A DNA stretch of 62,476 bases from Alphaproteobacteria bacterium (lineage in GTDB: Bacteria; Pseudomonadota; Alphaproteobacteria; RF32; CAG-239), in contig JAVBOV010000040.1 of NCBI GenBank assembly GCA_031550205.1, positions 1-62,476 of the forward strand, written 5' to 3'. Both the position numbers and the translations under genes were made by a program. The notes under the pieces were generated by a model. It worked only from the letters and a program-made list of their open reading frames with translations. It was not told the origin of the DNA and made no database searches. Positions 17,074-26,391 of this stretch are shown one piece after another (the stretch's first letter is position 1; each line of letters starts with the position of its first letter).

Positions 17074-20000
17074 TTAAAACAATTGAGGAACGCTGCCAGA
17101 TGAACCGGAAGAACCGCCAGAGGTGCCGGCTGAAGGAGCCGGACCCGAAGGAACAGTGCCTGAACTTGACGGCGCAACAGAGAACGACGGAGGAGGCGGA
17201 GGAGGCGTGCCGCCGGCACCTGACCGCTGCTGAGCTCTTTGCTGGGCGCGCTGCTGGTTCATTTGGTTGTCATCAATCAGTTGGTTGGTTCTGACCGGGT
17301 TGATGTTAGGGTCTTCAGATTCATATACAACTGATGAACCGGAATCTACGCCGCCAGAACCGCCGCCGCCGGAGTTTTCTCTTTTTCTCTTGTTGCGCAG
17401 AGCGTCGGTTTCAGAGGCAACTTCCTTGTCATCTATCAAAATATTGCGCTTTCTCATGTCTGCATCGCCGGCTTCTTTATCACGCTCAAAGTTTCTGAGC
17501 CACAAATCGACATTGGGATAAACAATGATGCGGGTGCCGGCCGGAACGTAAGTCAGCGGCTTGATGTTGGTTTTATCTTGCAGAATTTGCTCAAACACCT
17601 GGTTCATTTCATTTAAGAAATTTTGACGGGCGTCGTTGGCGGCCTGTTGTTTCGGAGATTCAATTTCCGTGCCGGAATCATCTTTCGGCGCCATCATATA
17701 TGAGGTGTAACTGGTTAAGGCTGTGGTCATAATCGGCAGAGTATATTTTTTGAACAACTGCTGGTCCAGATATCCAAGGGCGCCGCCGCGGCCCTGAGCG
17801 TCGCCGGTAATGCCCTGAAAGACAAACAACGAGCCGTCAGGACGAATTAAGCGCTCCCAAGAAATCTGCACTTTGGCAGAGTGAGAAGTGGCCTCGGTGG
17901 AAGCGGTTAAGCCGCCCAAAGTTCCAATTAAACGGCTGCCGGCCGGAATGAGAATATTGCGACCCTCTTCGGCATAAACGTTTCTCTCAACAAAAGCGGT
18001 TATCGGCGTCGGGTTGTTGCTGTCGATTGAACGGGCGATTACGGCCGGAATCGGCTTATCGGCAAAAATCATCTCGCTCATGTCAACACGCCAGGAGGAT
18101 ATGACCTTGGTAATGCCCTGTTCAGCCCAGTCTTTCTGCATGCCGTCAAAACTTTCTTTTCTGACATTGCTGCTGAGTTTGCCGACGGAAATGTTTTTGC
18201 GACGCTCTTCCTGAGCGGCAGCAAGAGCTTCGGCGCGCTGGGAATCGTATCTTTCGCCAGGGCCGAAACCACCGCCAGGGCCAAGGTTGCCGCCGGGACC
18301 GGTGCCGGTGCCATAAGCGCCGCCGCGGCCGAATGTTCCGGCAGGAATAAACATATCTCCGCCGCCGGATTTTTGACTCTCTTCAATGCCGATTAAGGCG
18401 CCGTCATCGTTCATTATTAAACCATCGGGCATTTTTTTGCCAAGATATTGTCCAGACTTATCAAAGACGCGGCCGTCTTCAAAGATATCTCCGAGATATT
18501 CTCCATCAGGAGTTAAGGCTATGCCGAAAGATTTTCCGGCTTTTTCTTTTATATCTTTGTCAACCACGCCGACTTCGGGAAGTTTTTTGTCTCTGGCTTT
18601 GGGCGCTTCAACCTTTTCATACCAGTCCACGCCTATGCCGCCGATGATGTCGCCGTTGGCAGAAACCACTGTGCCGTCGGCCTGCAGAAGGCCTATAATC
18701 TCTCCGTCTTCGTTAACAACCGAATTGTTGGCGCCGACATAGCCTATGACATCGCCCTTTTCATCATAAACTTTTTGGCGGTCTAAAGTTAAATTGTAAT
18801 ATTGCAAAGGTTTGGCCGCCGCCACAACATTGCCGTTGGCGTCGCTGATAATGCCCTCTTTATCAACTTCGCCAAGGGGCTGATTATCAAGGTTTAAGAG
18901 AACTCCGTTTAAGCCGAGCTCACCAACGATGATGCCGGCATCATCGCGAATATAATAATCGCGATTGCCGCGGCCGAGCAGCGCAAAACTTTTATCCACC
19001 AAGAAACCGCGGTCAAGCCTGCCCATGTTTTTGCCGTCAAAACTCAGAATGCTGCCGTCTTTGGCTATGTAAGCAATTGCATCTCCACCTTGGTTGTAAA
19101 TGTAAAAGTCATATAAGGCGTAGCCGATTTTTTGATTATCAGAGACAATATAACCATCAAAGCGAAGACTGCCGACGTCTTCTCCCTTATCATTAAGCAC
19201 GCGGCCTTCTTCGGTGACGCGGCCCAGATATGCATTGTTATTATCAAAAGCAACGCCGTATTGAAGCGCTGCGCCCAAAGGCATGCCGGTTTTGGAGTTG
19301 ACACCCAAACCGGGCTGGAGATAGCCGATGGATTCATTGTCTTCATCAACAACCGAACCGTCGGATAAAATTTTGCCGATGATTTCTCCGTTAAAATTTA
19401 TTACCGGAGATTGTCTGACCGCAGCGCCAATGACAACCCCGGAAGAGTTTACAAGCTGCTCGCGCTTGTTGAGACAGCCCAGATCTTCTCCGCTATAGTT
19501 GATGATTTTGCCGACGGCATTGGCCGCGCCTAAAACATTGCCGTTATAATCAACCACATTGGCATATGAAACTCCGTAGCCGACGATTGTGCCTAAGTCA
19601 GAGACTGCCTGATTATTTTGCAACGGTCTGCCTTGAGAAACGTTTTTATAATTTCTGATGCTGCCGTCCGGGCTTAAGACGCCCAAAAATTCGCAGCCGC
19701 CGTTTAGAAAAACTTTTTTCTCCGCAAGCCTGCCAATAAGCTCATTGTTGTTGCTTAAAACCTGATTTTTATCTGCAATTTTGCCGACTAAAGACTGGTT
19801 GGCATCAATGATGGAAGCGTCAGAATCTTCAGTCCCGACAAAGTTGCCGAGAACATTTATGGCTAGCGAAGGAAAATGCGCAATATCTAAGGTGCCGAGA
19901 AGGCGGTTTCTTTCATCTAAAACCGCACCAGACTGGGTTATTTTGCCTGGCAGTGCAACGCCTTCTTTGTTCAGCAAAGCGCCATTGGGAGAGAGATAGG

Positions 20001-21336
20001 CGACTTCCGCTCCGGCAGAATTGCGCACCGCACCCAGAGGCAAAAGAGCGCCGGAAAGACTGCCGTCGGCAGAAAAAGCATAATCCAGCGGAGAGGCGCT
20101 GATATCTTCAAACGAGGCATTAATGCCGATTATGCCTAAAATGTTATCGGCATTGTTAACAACCAATTGATTATCAGACATTGAAGAACCGATAATGCGA
20201 CCTTTGCTGTAGGCAACGTTTCTTTTCATATATCCCGAAATCGGGCCGTCTAACAAAACCACACCGCCGCTTTTGAGGGCGTGAGCGAACAATTTTCCCC
20301 TGTAATCAAAGACCGGTCCGGAGTTTATGATTTGGCCGATTATTTTTCCGGAGGCGTCAACTATGTTTCCGTTAACCCCCAAGCGGCCGACAATATCTCT
20401 GGCTTTGGCGATCTCACCGTTGGGCATGATGCGGCCCAAATATTTGCCGTCGATGTCCGTTGCCGCGGCGGAGATGTCCACCGAATATCCGATGAAATTT
20501 CCGTTCAGGTCAGATATTCTGCCGTCGGGACGAATGCGTCCGATAATTTTATTTTTATCGACAACCTCTCCGTTATAGGTGACAAAACCGAGATATTTTC
20601 CCTGGTAATCAAAAGCATAACCGGAACTGACAATTTTGCCGATGATGGAGCCGGCTTCATTATAAGCGTAGCCGTTGGCCTTGATAAAGCCTATGCGCTC
20701 CGCATTAAAGTCCGTTACATTGCCGCCGGGAGAAACGCTGCCGATAAAATCTCCCTGCAGCGATACAACCATTTTGGAGGAGATTAAGCGGCCGTCTAAA
20801 ACATATTCAGAGCCGATTTTGCGATAAGCGTAACCATCCATGGAAATGAAACCGATTTTTTGCCCGGCAAGATTGGTGTAGCTGCCGTCGCCGGTTAAGC
20901 GGCCCACGGTTTTTCCTTCATCGGAATAAACCAAGCCGGGAAACAAAACCGAGCCGATAACGTTAAAATAATCGTCAACCACAAGACCATTCGGCAGAAC
21001 CCGGCCGGCAACCTTGCCGGAAGCCAAACGAACAGAACCGTCGTTACTGACTTTGCCAATGAAGGCGTTATCGGTGCCGACGACCACACCCTGAGGGATT
21101 ACTCCGCCAAGAAGCTCCCCTTTAGAGCCAATGATTAAGCTGTCGGCGGTAACATTGCCAACCAATTGATTGTCGAAACTGACAACTTTACCGTCCGGAA
21201 TTACCTTGCCCAAAAGGTCTCCGTTAAAATCAACCGCCGTAATTTCCTCCGCCAAAGCCGGAGCCGGGGCAACAAAGCAAAGCAAAGCCAAACTCAGGGC
21301 TTTGATAAGGAAACTATGTGCTTTATAAAAATTCAA
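17074..21336 (-). CDS. virB10: Repeat-expanded VirB10/TrbI-family T4SS core protein (1420 aa)
   Basis: N-terminal hydrophobic segment ALSLALLCFVAPAPALA. From about aa 30 to 1000, degenerate 17-18-aa repeats (KVIPDGKVVSFDNQLVGN, RVLPNGLVVDDYFNVIGS, IRPDGRISDLNGNFIGY). Gly-rich hinge. TrbI/VirB10 core at about 17500..18100 (MIFADKPIPAVIARSID, ILIPAGSRLIG, ISWERLIRPDG, YVPAGTRIIVYPNVDL). G/S/Q/P-rich tail of about 130 aa. Confidence 0.85.
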   Translation of the reverse strand: MNFYKAHSFLIKALSLALLCFVAPAPALAEEITAVDFNGDLLGKVIPDGKVVSFDNQLVGNVTADSLIIGSKGELLGGVIPQGVVVGTDNAFIGKVSNDGSVRLASGKVAGRVLPNGLVVDDYFNVIGSVLFPGLVYSDEGKTVGRLTGDGSYTNLAGQKIGFISMDGYAYRKIGSEYVLDGRLISSKMVVSLQGDFIGSVSPGGNVTDFNAERIGFIKANGYAYNEAGSIIGKIVSSGYAFDYQGKYLGFVTYNGEVVDKNKIIGRIRPDGRISDLNGNFIGYSVDISAAATDIDGKYLGRIMPNGEIAKARDIVGRLGVNGNIVDASGKIIGQIINSGPVFDYRGKLFAHALKSGGVVLLDGPISGYMKRNVAYSKGRIIGSSMSDNQLVVNNADNILGIIGINASFEDISASPLDYAFSADGSLSGALLPLGAVRNSAGAEVAYLSPNGALLNKEGVALPGKITQSGAVLDERNRLLGTLDIAHFPSLAINVLGNFVGTEDSDASIIDANQSLVGKIADKNQVLSNNNELIGRLAEKKVFLNGGCEFLGVLSPDGSIRNYKNVSQGRPLQNNQAVSDLGTIVGYGVSYANVVDYNGNVLGAANAVGKIINYSGEDLGCLNKREQLVNSSGVVIGAAVRQSPVINFNGEIIGKILSDGSVVDEDNESIGYLQPGLGVNSKTGMPLGAALQYGVAFDNNNAYLGRVTEEGRVLNDKGEDVGSLRFDGYIVSDNQKIGYALYDFYIYNQGGDAIAYIAKDGSILSFDGKNMGRLDRGFLVDKSFALLGRGNRDYYIRDDAGIIVGELGLNGVLLNLDNQPLGEVDKEGIISDANGNVVAAAKPLQYYNLTLDRQKVYDEKGDVIGYVGANNSVVNEDGEIIGLLQADGTVVSANGDIIGGIGVDWYEKVEAPKARDKKLPEVGVVDKDIKEKAGKSFGIALTPDGEYLGDIFEDGRVFDKSGQYLGKKMPDGLIMNDDGALIGIEESQKSGGGDMFIPAGTFGRGGAYGTGTGPGGNLGPGGGFGPGERYDSQRAEALAAAQEERRKNISVGKLSSNVRKESFDGMQKDWAEQGITKVISSWRVDMSEMIFADKPIPAVIARSIDSNNPTPITAFVERNVYAEEGRNILIPAGSRLIGTLGGLTASTEATSHSAKVQISWERLIRPDGSLFVFQGITGDAQGRGGALGYLDQQLFKKYTLPIMTTALTSYTSYMMAPKDDSGTEIESPKQQAANDARQNFLNEMNQVFEQILQDKTNIKPLTYVPAGTRIIVYPNVDLWLRNFERDKEAGDADMRKRNILIDDKEVASETDALRNKRKRENSGGGGSGGVDSGSSVVYESEDPNINPVRTNQLIDDNQMNQQRAQQRAQQRSGAGGTPPPPPPSFSVAPSSSGTVPSGPAPSAGTSGGSSGSSGSVPQLF

Positions 21337-21339
21337 AAT

Positions 21340-24300
21340 TTAGTTCCTTCTGTTTTTTGCCACTTCCTGCAAAGCATAGCCCGCAACTTTTTTATCTAAG
21401 TTAATGAACGAGCCGTTGCTTTTGATGTACCCGATATCTTGGCCGGAAGGGCTGATGACCCTGGCGGCGTGGTTTAATCTGCCGATGTATTGACCTTCGC
21501 TGCCCAAAACCGCAGTGCCGATTTTATAAACACGACCCAAGATATTTTCAGCATCGTCCACAGCCAAATCTCCGGTAAGGACGCGGCCGAAGACATCTTT
21601 ATCTTTGCCAGAGATTTTACCACCAAAATCAACGTAGCCTACAACTTTGTCAGAGTTATCAATAACTATATCTCCGCTTAAAACTTCACCCATAAGTTTG
21701 CCGGCAGTGCTTAAAACATTGCCGTCGGACAGAACTTTTCCGACAACAATATTGCCGGCATCTATCACCTGGCCGCCGGGTTTTACAGCAGCAACAACAT
21801 TGCCGGAATAATCAACCACTGCACCGCGCTTCAAAAGGCTTAAGTTCTTGTCGGTGGAGCCGCCGGGCAAAATTGCCGAAATACTGTCGTTTTTGAGGTC
21901 TAAAATATCTCCCAGTGCGTTCATGCGGGCTTTATAATTGCCCAAGATGTCCACCAAAATTCCTTCTTTTATAATCTCACCAATGACATTGCCGCGGTTA
22001 TCCAAGACTTTGCCGTCGGATGTTGTTTTGCCCTGCTGTTTGCCGTCCAAATCTATTACTCTGCCGTCAAAAAGACTATGACCGAGATATGAGCCGTCAT
22101 AACCGATGGCAACGCCTTTAGGAGCTATGGCGCCGCGATATTCTCCACGGTTGTCGATGAACATTCCCTTGGAATCTATTTGGCCGAAGACCTCTCCAAA
22201 GCGACTGATGACCGAAGAACCGTAAGAAACCCTGCCGATGCTGCTGCCGAAGAAATCCACAACTTCTCCTTTTTGAGAAGGAATGCCTAAGATGCCGCCA
22301 TAAAAGTTCAGACCATCTCCGGATATTTTGCCGATTGACAAGCCTTTGTCATTATAAACTTCTCCGTCGGGAAACAGGCGCCCCATTATATTGCCGGCAG
22401 CGTTGACAATTGTCGTTGCAGGATTTAATACCACGCCGATGATATTATTGTTATCATCCGCCACCAGATTGTTGGCAAACAATTTGGCATCTTTTTGGCC
22501 AGATATGGAAACTTTGCCGTTTTCTCCGACCACATTTAAGAAGTTGCCGTCCATATCATAGGCATATATTGCCTCCTGGTAATGCCCAAGATATCCGCCG
22601 CTGCGGTCAAAGACATCGCCGTAAATGCCGACGCAGCCGACCGGCAGCATGGCTCCGGAAATTACCAAGTTATCTTCGCTGATTTTGCCCAGATAATCTC
22701 CGTCGTAAGAAACCGCAACGCCTTTTTTGGCAACAGCGCCGATGATATTGCCTTTTTCATCTAAAACCGAGCCGTCGGGGTTTAAACAGCCGAGATAGTT
22801 GTTGGCGGTGCCTCTGACCACGCCGTCGGTGCCGGCTTCGCCCAGATAACGGCAGCTGTCGTCAAAAACCTTGCCGGTCTTAACCACTTCACCAACATAG
22901 GTGCTGGTGTTGTCAAGGACTGTGCCGTCGGGCATAATTTTTAAGTTTGTATCGGCGTTGGCTTTTCTGATTTTGCCGTCTGTTTCAAGATAGCCCAGGT
23001 TTTTACAGCCATATCCAACCACCAGGCCGCCAGGCTGCAAACGAGCAATTACTTTTGAACCTGAAACATCCTTGACCAAACCGGAGGAAAGAATGCGGCC
23101 AATCACCTGCTTTTCCGAATTTTCGATGCTGCCGTTGTTAGCTATGACGCCAAGCACTTCTCCCTTAGGAGTGATGGGGATTAAGGTGGTGTCAACCAGC
23201 GAGCCTATTTTTTTGCGGATATTGCTGATGACATTGCCATCCTTGTCCACAAAGCCGATCTGTACGCCGTCGGCGTTAAACACTTTACCGGAAGCATCGG
23301 CATAACCGATTAATCTGCCGTCTTTATCGTAAACCAAGCTAACCAGTTCTCCGGCCTTGCCGATGATGTTGCCATTGGCGTCCACCAAAGTTCCATCTTC
23401 AAGCATGCGGCCGATAATGTTGCCGTTGAAGTCAACCACGTTGCCGTTTTCATCAATATAACCGATGACGTTGCCGTCTTTATCATATGCCAGGCGGCGT
23501 TCCGCGCCCGGAGCACCTAAAACTTCATCAACCACAACGTTGCCGTCTTCGTTAACAAAACCGACGGTTTTGCCGTTAGAGTCAACCACCGCTCCGTTGG
23601 GCATTACAACTCCAAGCATATTGCCGTTGTCGTCTATGGCCACGCGGCCCGGCTTGGTAACAGAACCGATGGGGTTGCCCTTTAAGTCCACCACCGTGCC
23701 GTCGGAGAGCATGCGTCCGATGATATTGCCGTTGGCATCAACCACAGTGCCGTCGGGCAGAACGCGGCCAATGATGCTGCCGTCTTTGTCATAAACATAA
23801 CCGGCATCAACAGCGCGGCCGATGACATTGCCGCCATTATCTACTACCGTGCCGTCAGGCAAAACACGGCCGATGATATTGCCGTCCTTATCAACCACCG
23901 TGCCGTCGGGGTTGACATAACCTATAACATTGCCAAATTCATCATAAACCAAACGGCGATTGTCGGCCACACCGATGATGTTGCCCTTGTCGTCCACCAC
24001 CATATCCGAGGCATTAACTCTGCCGATTAAGTTTCCGCCGGGGTCTTTGACATAGCCCTCTTCATCGGCCAGACCGATGACTCCTCCGTCGGGGCCGACG
24101 GCTCTTCTCAAGCTTTGAGTGTCTTTGGGCTCAGCACCGACCGGAGCTGAGGCTTCACAATAGTTGCAGTCTTCACGGCGGATGGCGTTGCCTTCAACCG
24201 GAATTTTTTCAGATTTGGCATTGGCTTTGGTGAGGTTGGACTCATGCCAAGAGACAATGAAGTTATTTTGAACATTGCCGGCAATAACCGGAGCCCAAGA

Positions 24301-24756
24301 CATGGTAATGTGGCAGGTTTGCTCTCCTCTCAGTTCTTTGCCGGTGCAGCTGTCTTCAAAAACAAAGCCGTCGGCCGGAGGGTCTGCCAGTTCAACCGAA
24401 ACAACCCGAATGGTCTTTTTGCCGTTGGTGCCGACGGTTAAAACATTTTTGGCATCGGTGCCTAAGACCACCTGCCCCATGGGAACGGGGTTCGGAGTTG
24501 TGGTAATCGGTTTTTCAGCTTCTTCAACGGTTGTAAATTCAACGTTATCCGTAAGCGCGTTTTGGCGGCCGATGTTTAAAGCGTCATCATTATCGGTAAA
24601 AACCGGCTCTTGATAATCATCGGTATTGCCGCCGCTGGAAATCAACAGATAAAGGCCCAAAAGAAAGATTATAAGAGAAGTAATACCAACCGCCAAGATA
24701 ATGCGGTTGGTTTTCTTCACATAGGTTTCGGAATGTGTTAAGTTTTCTTTGCTCAT
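21340..24756 (-). CDS. Bitopic 1138-aa protein made mostly of the same 17-residue repeat as VirB10; no canonical VirB counterpart
   Basis: One TM (IILAVGITSLIIFLLGLYLLI). Possible Ig/ASH-like module (VVLGTDAKNVLTVGTNGKKTIRVVSVELADPPADGFVFEDSCTGKELRGEQTCHITMSWAPV). Then about 900 aa of repeats such as VLPDGTVVDNGGNVIGR, VLPDGTVVDANGNIIGR and MLEDGTLVDANGNIIGK. Its start overlaps the virB9 stop by 4 nt and its stop lies 4 nt before virB10. Confidence 0.75.
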   Translation of the reverse strand: MSKENLTHSETYVKKTNRIILAVGITSLIIFLLGLYLLISSGGNTDDYQEPVFTDNDDALNIGRQNALTDNVEFTTVEEAEKPITTTPNPVPMGQVVLGTDAKNVLTVGTNGKKTIRVVSVELADPPADGFVFEDSCTGKELRGEQTCHITMSWAPVIAGNVQNNFIVSWHESNLTKANAKSEKIPVEGNAIRREDCNYCEASAPVGAEPKDTQSLRRAVGPDGGVIGLADEEGYVKDPGGNLIGRVNASDMVVDDKGNIIGVADNRRLVYDEFGNVIGYVNPDGTVVDKDGNIIGRVLPDGTVVDNGGNVIGRAVDAGYVYDKDGSIIGRVLPDGTVVDANGNIIGRMLSDGTVVDLKGNPIGSVTKPGRVAIDDNGNMLGVVMPNGAVVDSNGKTVGFVNEDGNVVVDEVLGAPGAERRLAYDKDGNVIGYIDENGNVVDFNGNIIGRMLEDGTLVDANGNIIGKAGELVSLVYDKDGRLIGYADASGKVFNADGVQIGFVDKDGNVISNIRKKIGSLVDTTLIPITPKGEVLGVIANNGSIENSEKQVIGRILSSGLVKDVSGSKVIARLQPGGLVVGYGCKNLGYLETDGKIRKANADTNLKIMPDGTVLDNTSTYVGEVVKTGKVFDDSCRYLGEAGTDGVVRGTANNYLGCLNPDGSVLDEKGNIIGAVAKKGVAVSYDGDYLGKISEDNLVISGAMLPVGCVGIYGDVFDRSGGYLGHYQEAIYAYDMDGNFLNVVGENGKVSISGQKDAKLFANNLVADDNNNIIGVVLNPATTIVNAAGNIMGRLFPDGEVYNDKGLSIGKISGDGLNFYGGILGIPSQKGEVVDFFGSSIGRVSYGSSVISRFGEVFGQIDSKGMFIDNRGEYRGAIAPKGVAIGYDGSYLGHSLFDGRVIDLDGKQQGKTTSDGKVLDNRGNVIGEIIKEGILVDILGNYKARMNALGDILDLKNDSISAILPGGSTDKNLSLLKRGAVVDYSGNVVAAVKPGGQVIDAGNIVVGKVLSDGNVLSTAGKLMGEVLSGDIVIDNSDKVVGYVDFGGKISGKDKDVFGRVLTGDLAVDDAENILGRVYKIGTAVLGSEGQYIGRLNHAARVISPSGQDIGYIKSNGSFINLDKKVAGYALQEVAKNRRN

Positions 24757-26378
24757 TGCGTCCTAACTACACTACAAAAAATTCCGTTGCGGCCCAAGCG
24801 AGAGCAGATGTTGTCTCCGGTTTCAAGGCTGTCTACCGGACCAACTCTTAAGTGGAACAGTTCTTTGCCCTGACCGTCGGCCGGAGTATCCACCGAGAAG
24901 AAAGGATCATATACATTCAGTTCCTGATATTTTCCGGAAAGATTATCCCAAAGAGATTCCAATTTTTCAACATCGGCATCCGTGCCGAGTTCTATGGATA
25001 TATTGGCCGATCCGCCTTCAGTAAACCCGGAGCCGTAGCCATAACCGTTTAACGCCCTTTGAGCATCAGGATTATATCTGTTGGTGTTTTTGATGTTGGT
25101 CATTTTGGAATAGTCAAAACCCGCATCAGTGCCGGAGTGTCCGGAGACATAACCGCCGGGAGCGGCAGTGCCGGAACCGGTTGAAACCTTGGCCGGAGGA
25201 ATATGACTTACGCCGCCCTGCTCATAGCCCGCCGATAAATCTCGGCCGGCGCCACGGTCGGCTCTATCAAAGCCGGAACCTTCGCGGTAACCCTGATTGT
25301 AAGGGACATCGCCGTTGGGAAGAGGCGGAGGCACATCCCATGACGGAGACATGGTTTTGCCGGCATAAGAGATGTTTTCAAGACCGACATCATCCGAGCG
25401 GCGCATTTTAAGACAAATAATGCGCTTGCCGTTTTTCATTACCATATCACCGACGCCCTCAACAATAATCAGACGATTATTGGGACCCTTGGTGCGGAAA
25501 CCGACCGGAACTTCAATTCTTTCAACAATCAATGTAACAATCGGACGCTGAGTCATGTTTAAGGCTTTTTCACCCAAATCGATATAGGTGAAAATATCAT
25601 CTCTCCAGACACGTTCCGGAGCAATAATTACGTCGTCGGGGTTTGGAATGTAAACCTCTATATCAAACCTGAATTTGGTCGGATCCATGGGAATGGTTTT
25701 CAGCCAGTCGTTTTTTTGGAAGCGTCTGGTGTAAGTGGAATCTACCGATTTAGGAGAATTAAAATTTTGCGGAGAGCCGCCTCCGGCACGGCTTGCTCTG
25801 CCGCTGCCGCCGGAAGCTTTGTCTTCATCCTGCGGAGCATCTATGACCTCAATATCGATAATTGAATTGGTCAGTCTTTCAGTGTTAACGCCTTCGCTTT
25901 TGGCATAAAAAACATAACGGTTGCCGGAGCGTCCGAAAACGATGATGTTGGTGTCAACGCCGACATTGGAGCCTTTGCGGGGATATAACAAAAGAGTGTT
26001 GGGACCTGAAATCTGACCGTCAAAAGTTGCGTTATCACCGATAAAGATATCTTCAATGAGCTCCCAGTCGGGAAAATTGATTAAGGTTATCATGCCTTCA
26101 CGCAGACGAACCGGCAGAACCAAATCCGGAGACCAATAATATTTGGAATATGCCGGCTTGGTTTGACCTTCTCCCAAATTTTGCAGCGGGTCAAGCCAGG
26201 CGCTTTGAACCATGCCCAGAGAATTGAACCCGGCGTAGCCCAAATTCATCGGCGTATATTGACCTTGGGTTTGATCGGCATTTTGATCAAGGCTGCCCAT
26301 GGTTGCCTGAGAATATGCTCTGGAGCTTATTACCAAAAGCAGAAGAAGAGAAAATATTTTTAACAACCTTAAAGTCAT
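24753..26378 (-). CDS. virB9: VirB9/CagX-family T4SS outer-membrane core protein with a C-terminal SPOR-like domain
   Basis: 541 aa. Signal peptide LLLLLVISSRAYS. VirB9-like N-domain (LPVRLREGMITLINFPDWELIEDIFIGDNATFDG..TNIIVFGRSGNRYVFYAKS). G/S-rich linker. Last ~85 aa (about 24756..25010) read ISIELGTDADVEKLESLWDNLSGKYQEL..KELFHLRVGPVDSLETGDNICSRLGRNGIFCSVV, a SPOR pattern. Confidence 0.8.
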   Translation of the reverse strand: MTLRLLKIFSLLLLLVISSRAYSQATMGSLDQNADQTQGQYTPMNLGYAGFNSLGMVQSAWLDPLQNLGEGQTKPAYSKYYWSPDLVLPVRLREGMITLINFPDWELIEDIFIGDNATFDGQISGPNTLLLYPRKGSNVGVDTNIIVFGRSGNRYVFYAKSEGVNTERLTNSIIDIEVIDAPQDEDKASGGSGRASRAGGGSPQNFNSPKSVDSTYTRRFQKNDWLKTIPMDPTKFRFDIEVYIPNPDDVIIAPERVWRDDIFTYIDLGEKALNMTQRPIVTLIVERIEVPVGFRTKGPNNRLIIVEGVGDMVMKNGKRIICLKMRRSDDVGLENISYAGKTMSPSWDVPPPLPNGDVPYNQGYREGSGFDRADRGAGRDLSAGYEQGGVSHIPPAKVSTGSGTAAPGGYVSGHSGTDAGFDYSKMTNIKNTNRYNPDAQRALNGYGYGSGFTEGGSANISIELGTDADVEKLESLWDNLSGKYQELNVYDPFFSVDTPADGQGKELFHLRVGPVDSLETGDNICSRLGRNGIFCSVVRTQ

Positions 26379-26391
26379 AATCTAATGCACC

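Noticed and set aside
17074-21336. Reading the VirB10 N-terminus (ALSLALLCFVAPAPALA|EE) as a cleaved signal peptide, implying a VirB10 not anchored in the inner membrane
   Set aside because: The same segment can equally serve as an uncleaved signal anchor. The two cannot be distinguished by eye, so I make no claim about loss of the inner-membrane anchor.
18386-24613. Many plus-strand ORFs of 60-170 aa (for example 18386..18742, 20281..20787, 23465..23794, 24275..24613) antisense to the repeat genes
   Set aside because: They lie opposite long, well-supported minus-strand genes. Their open frames result from the periodic, codon-biased repeat DNA. Translations are low-complexity (P/S/T-rich) with no start context.
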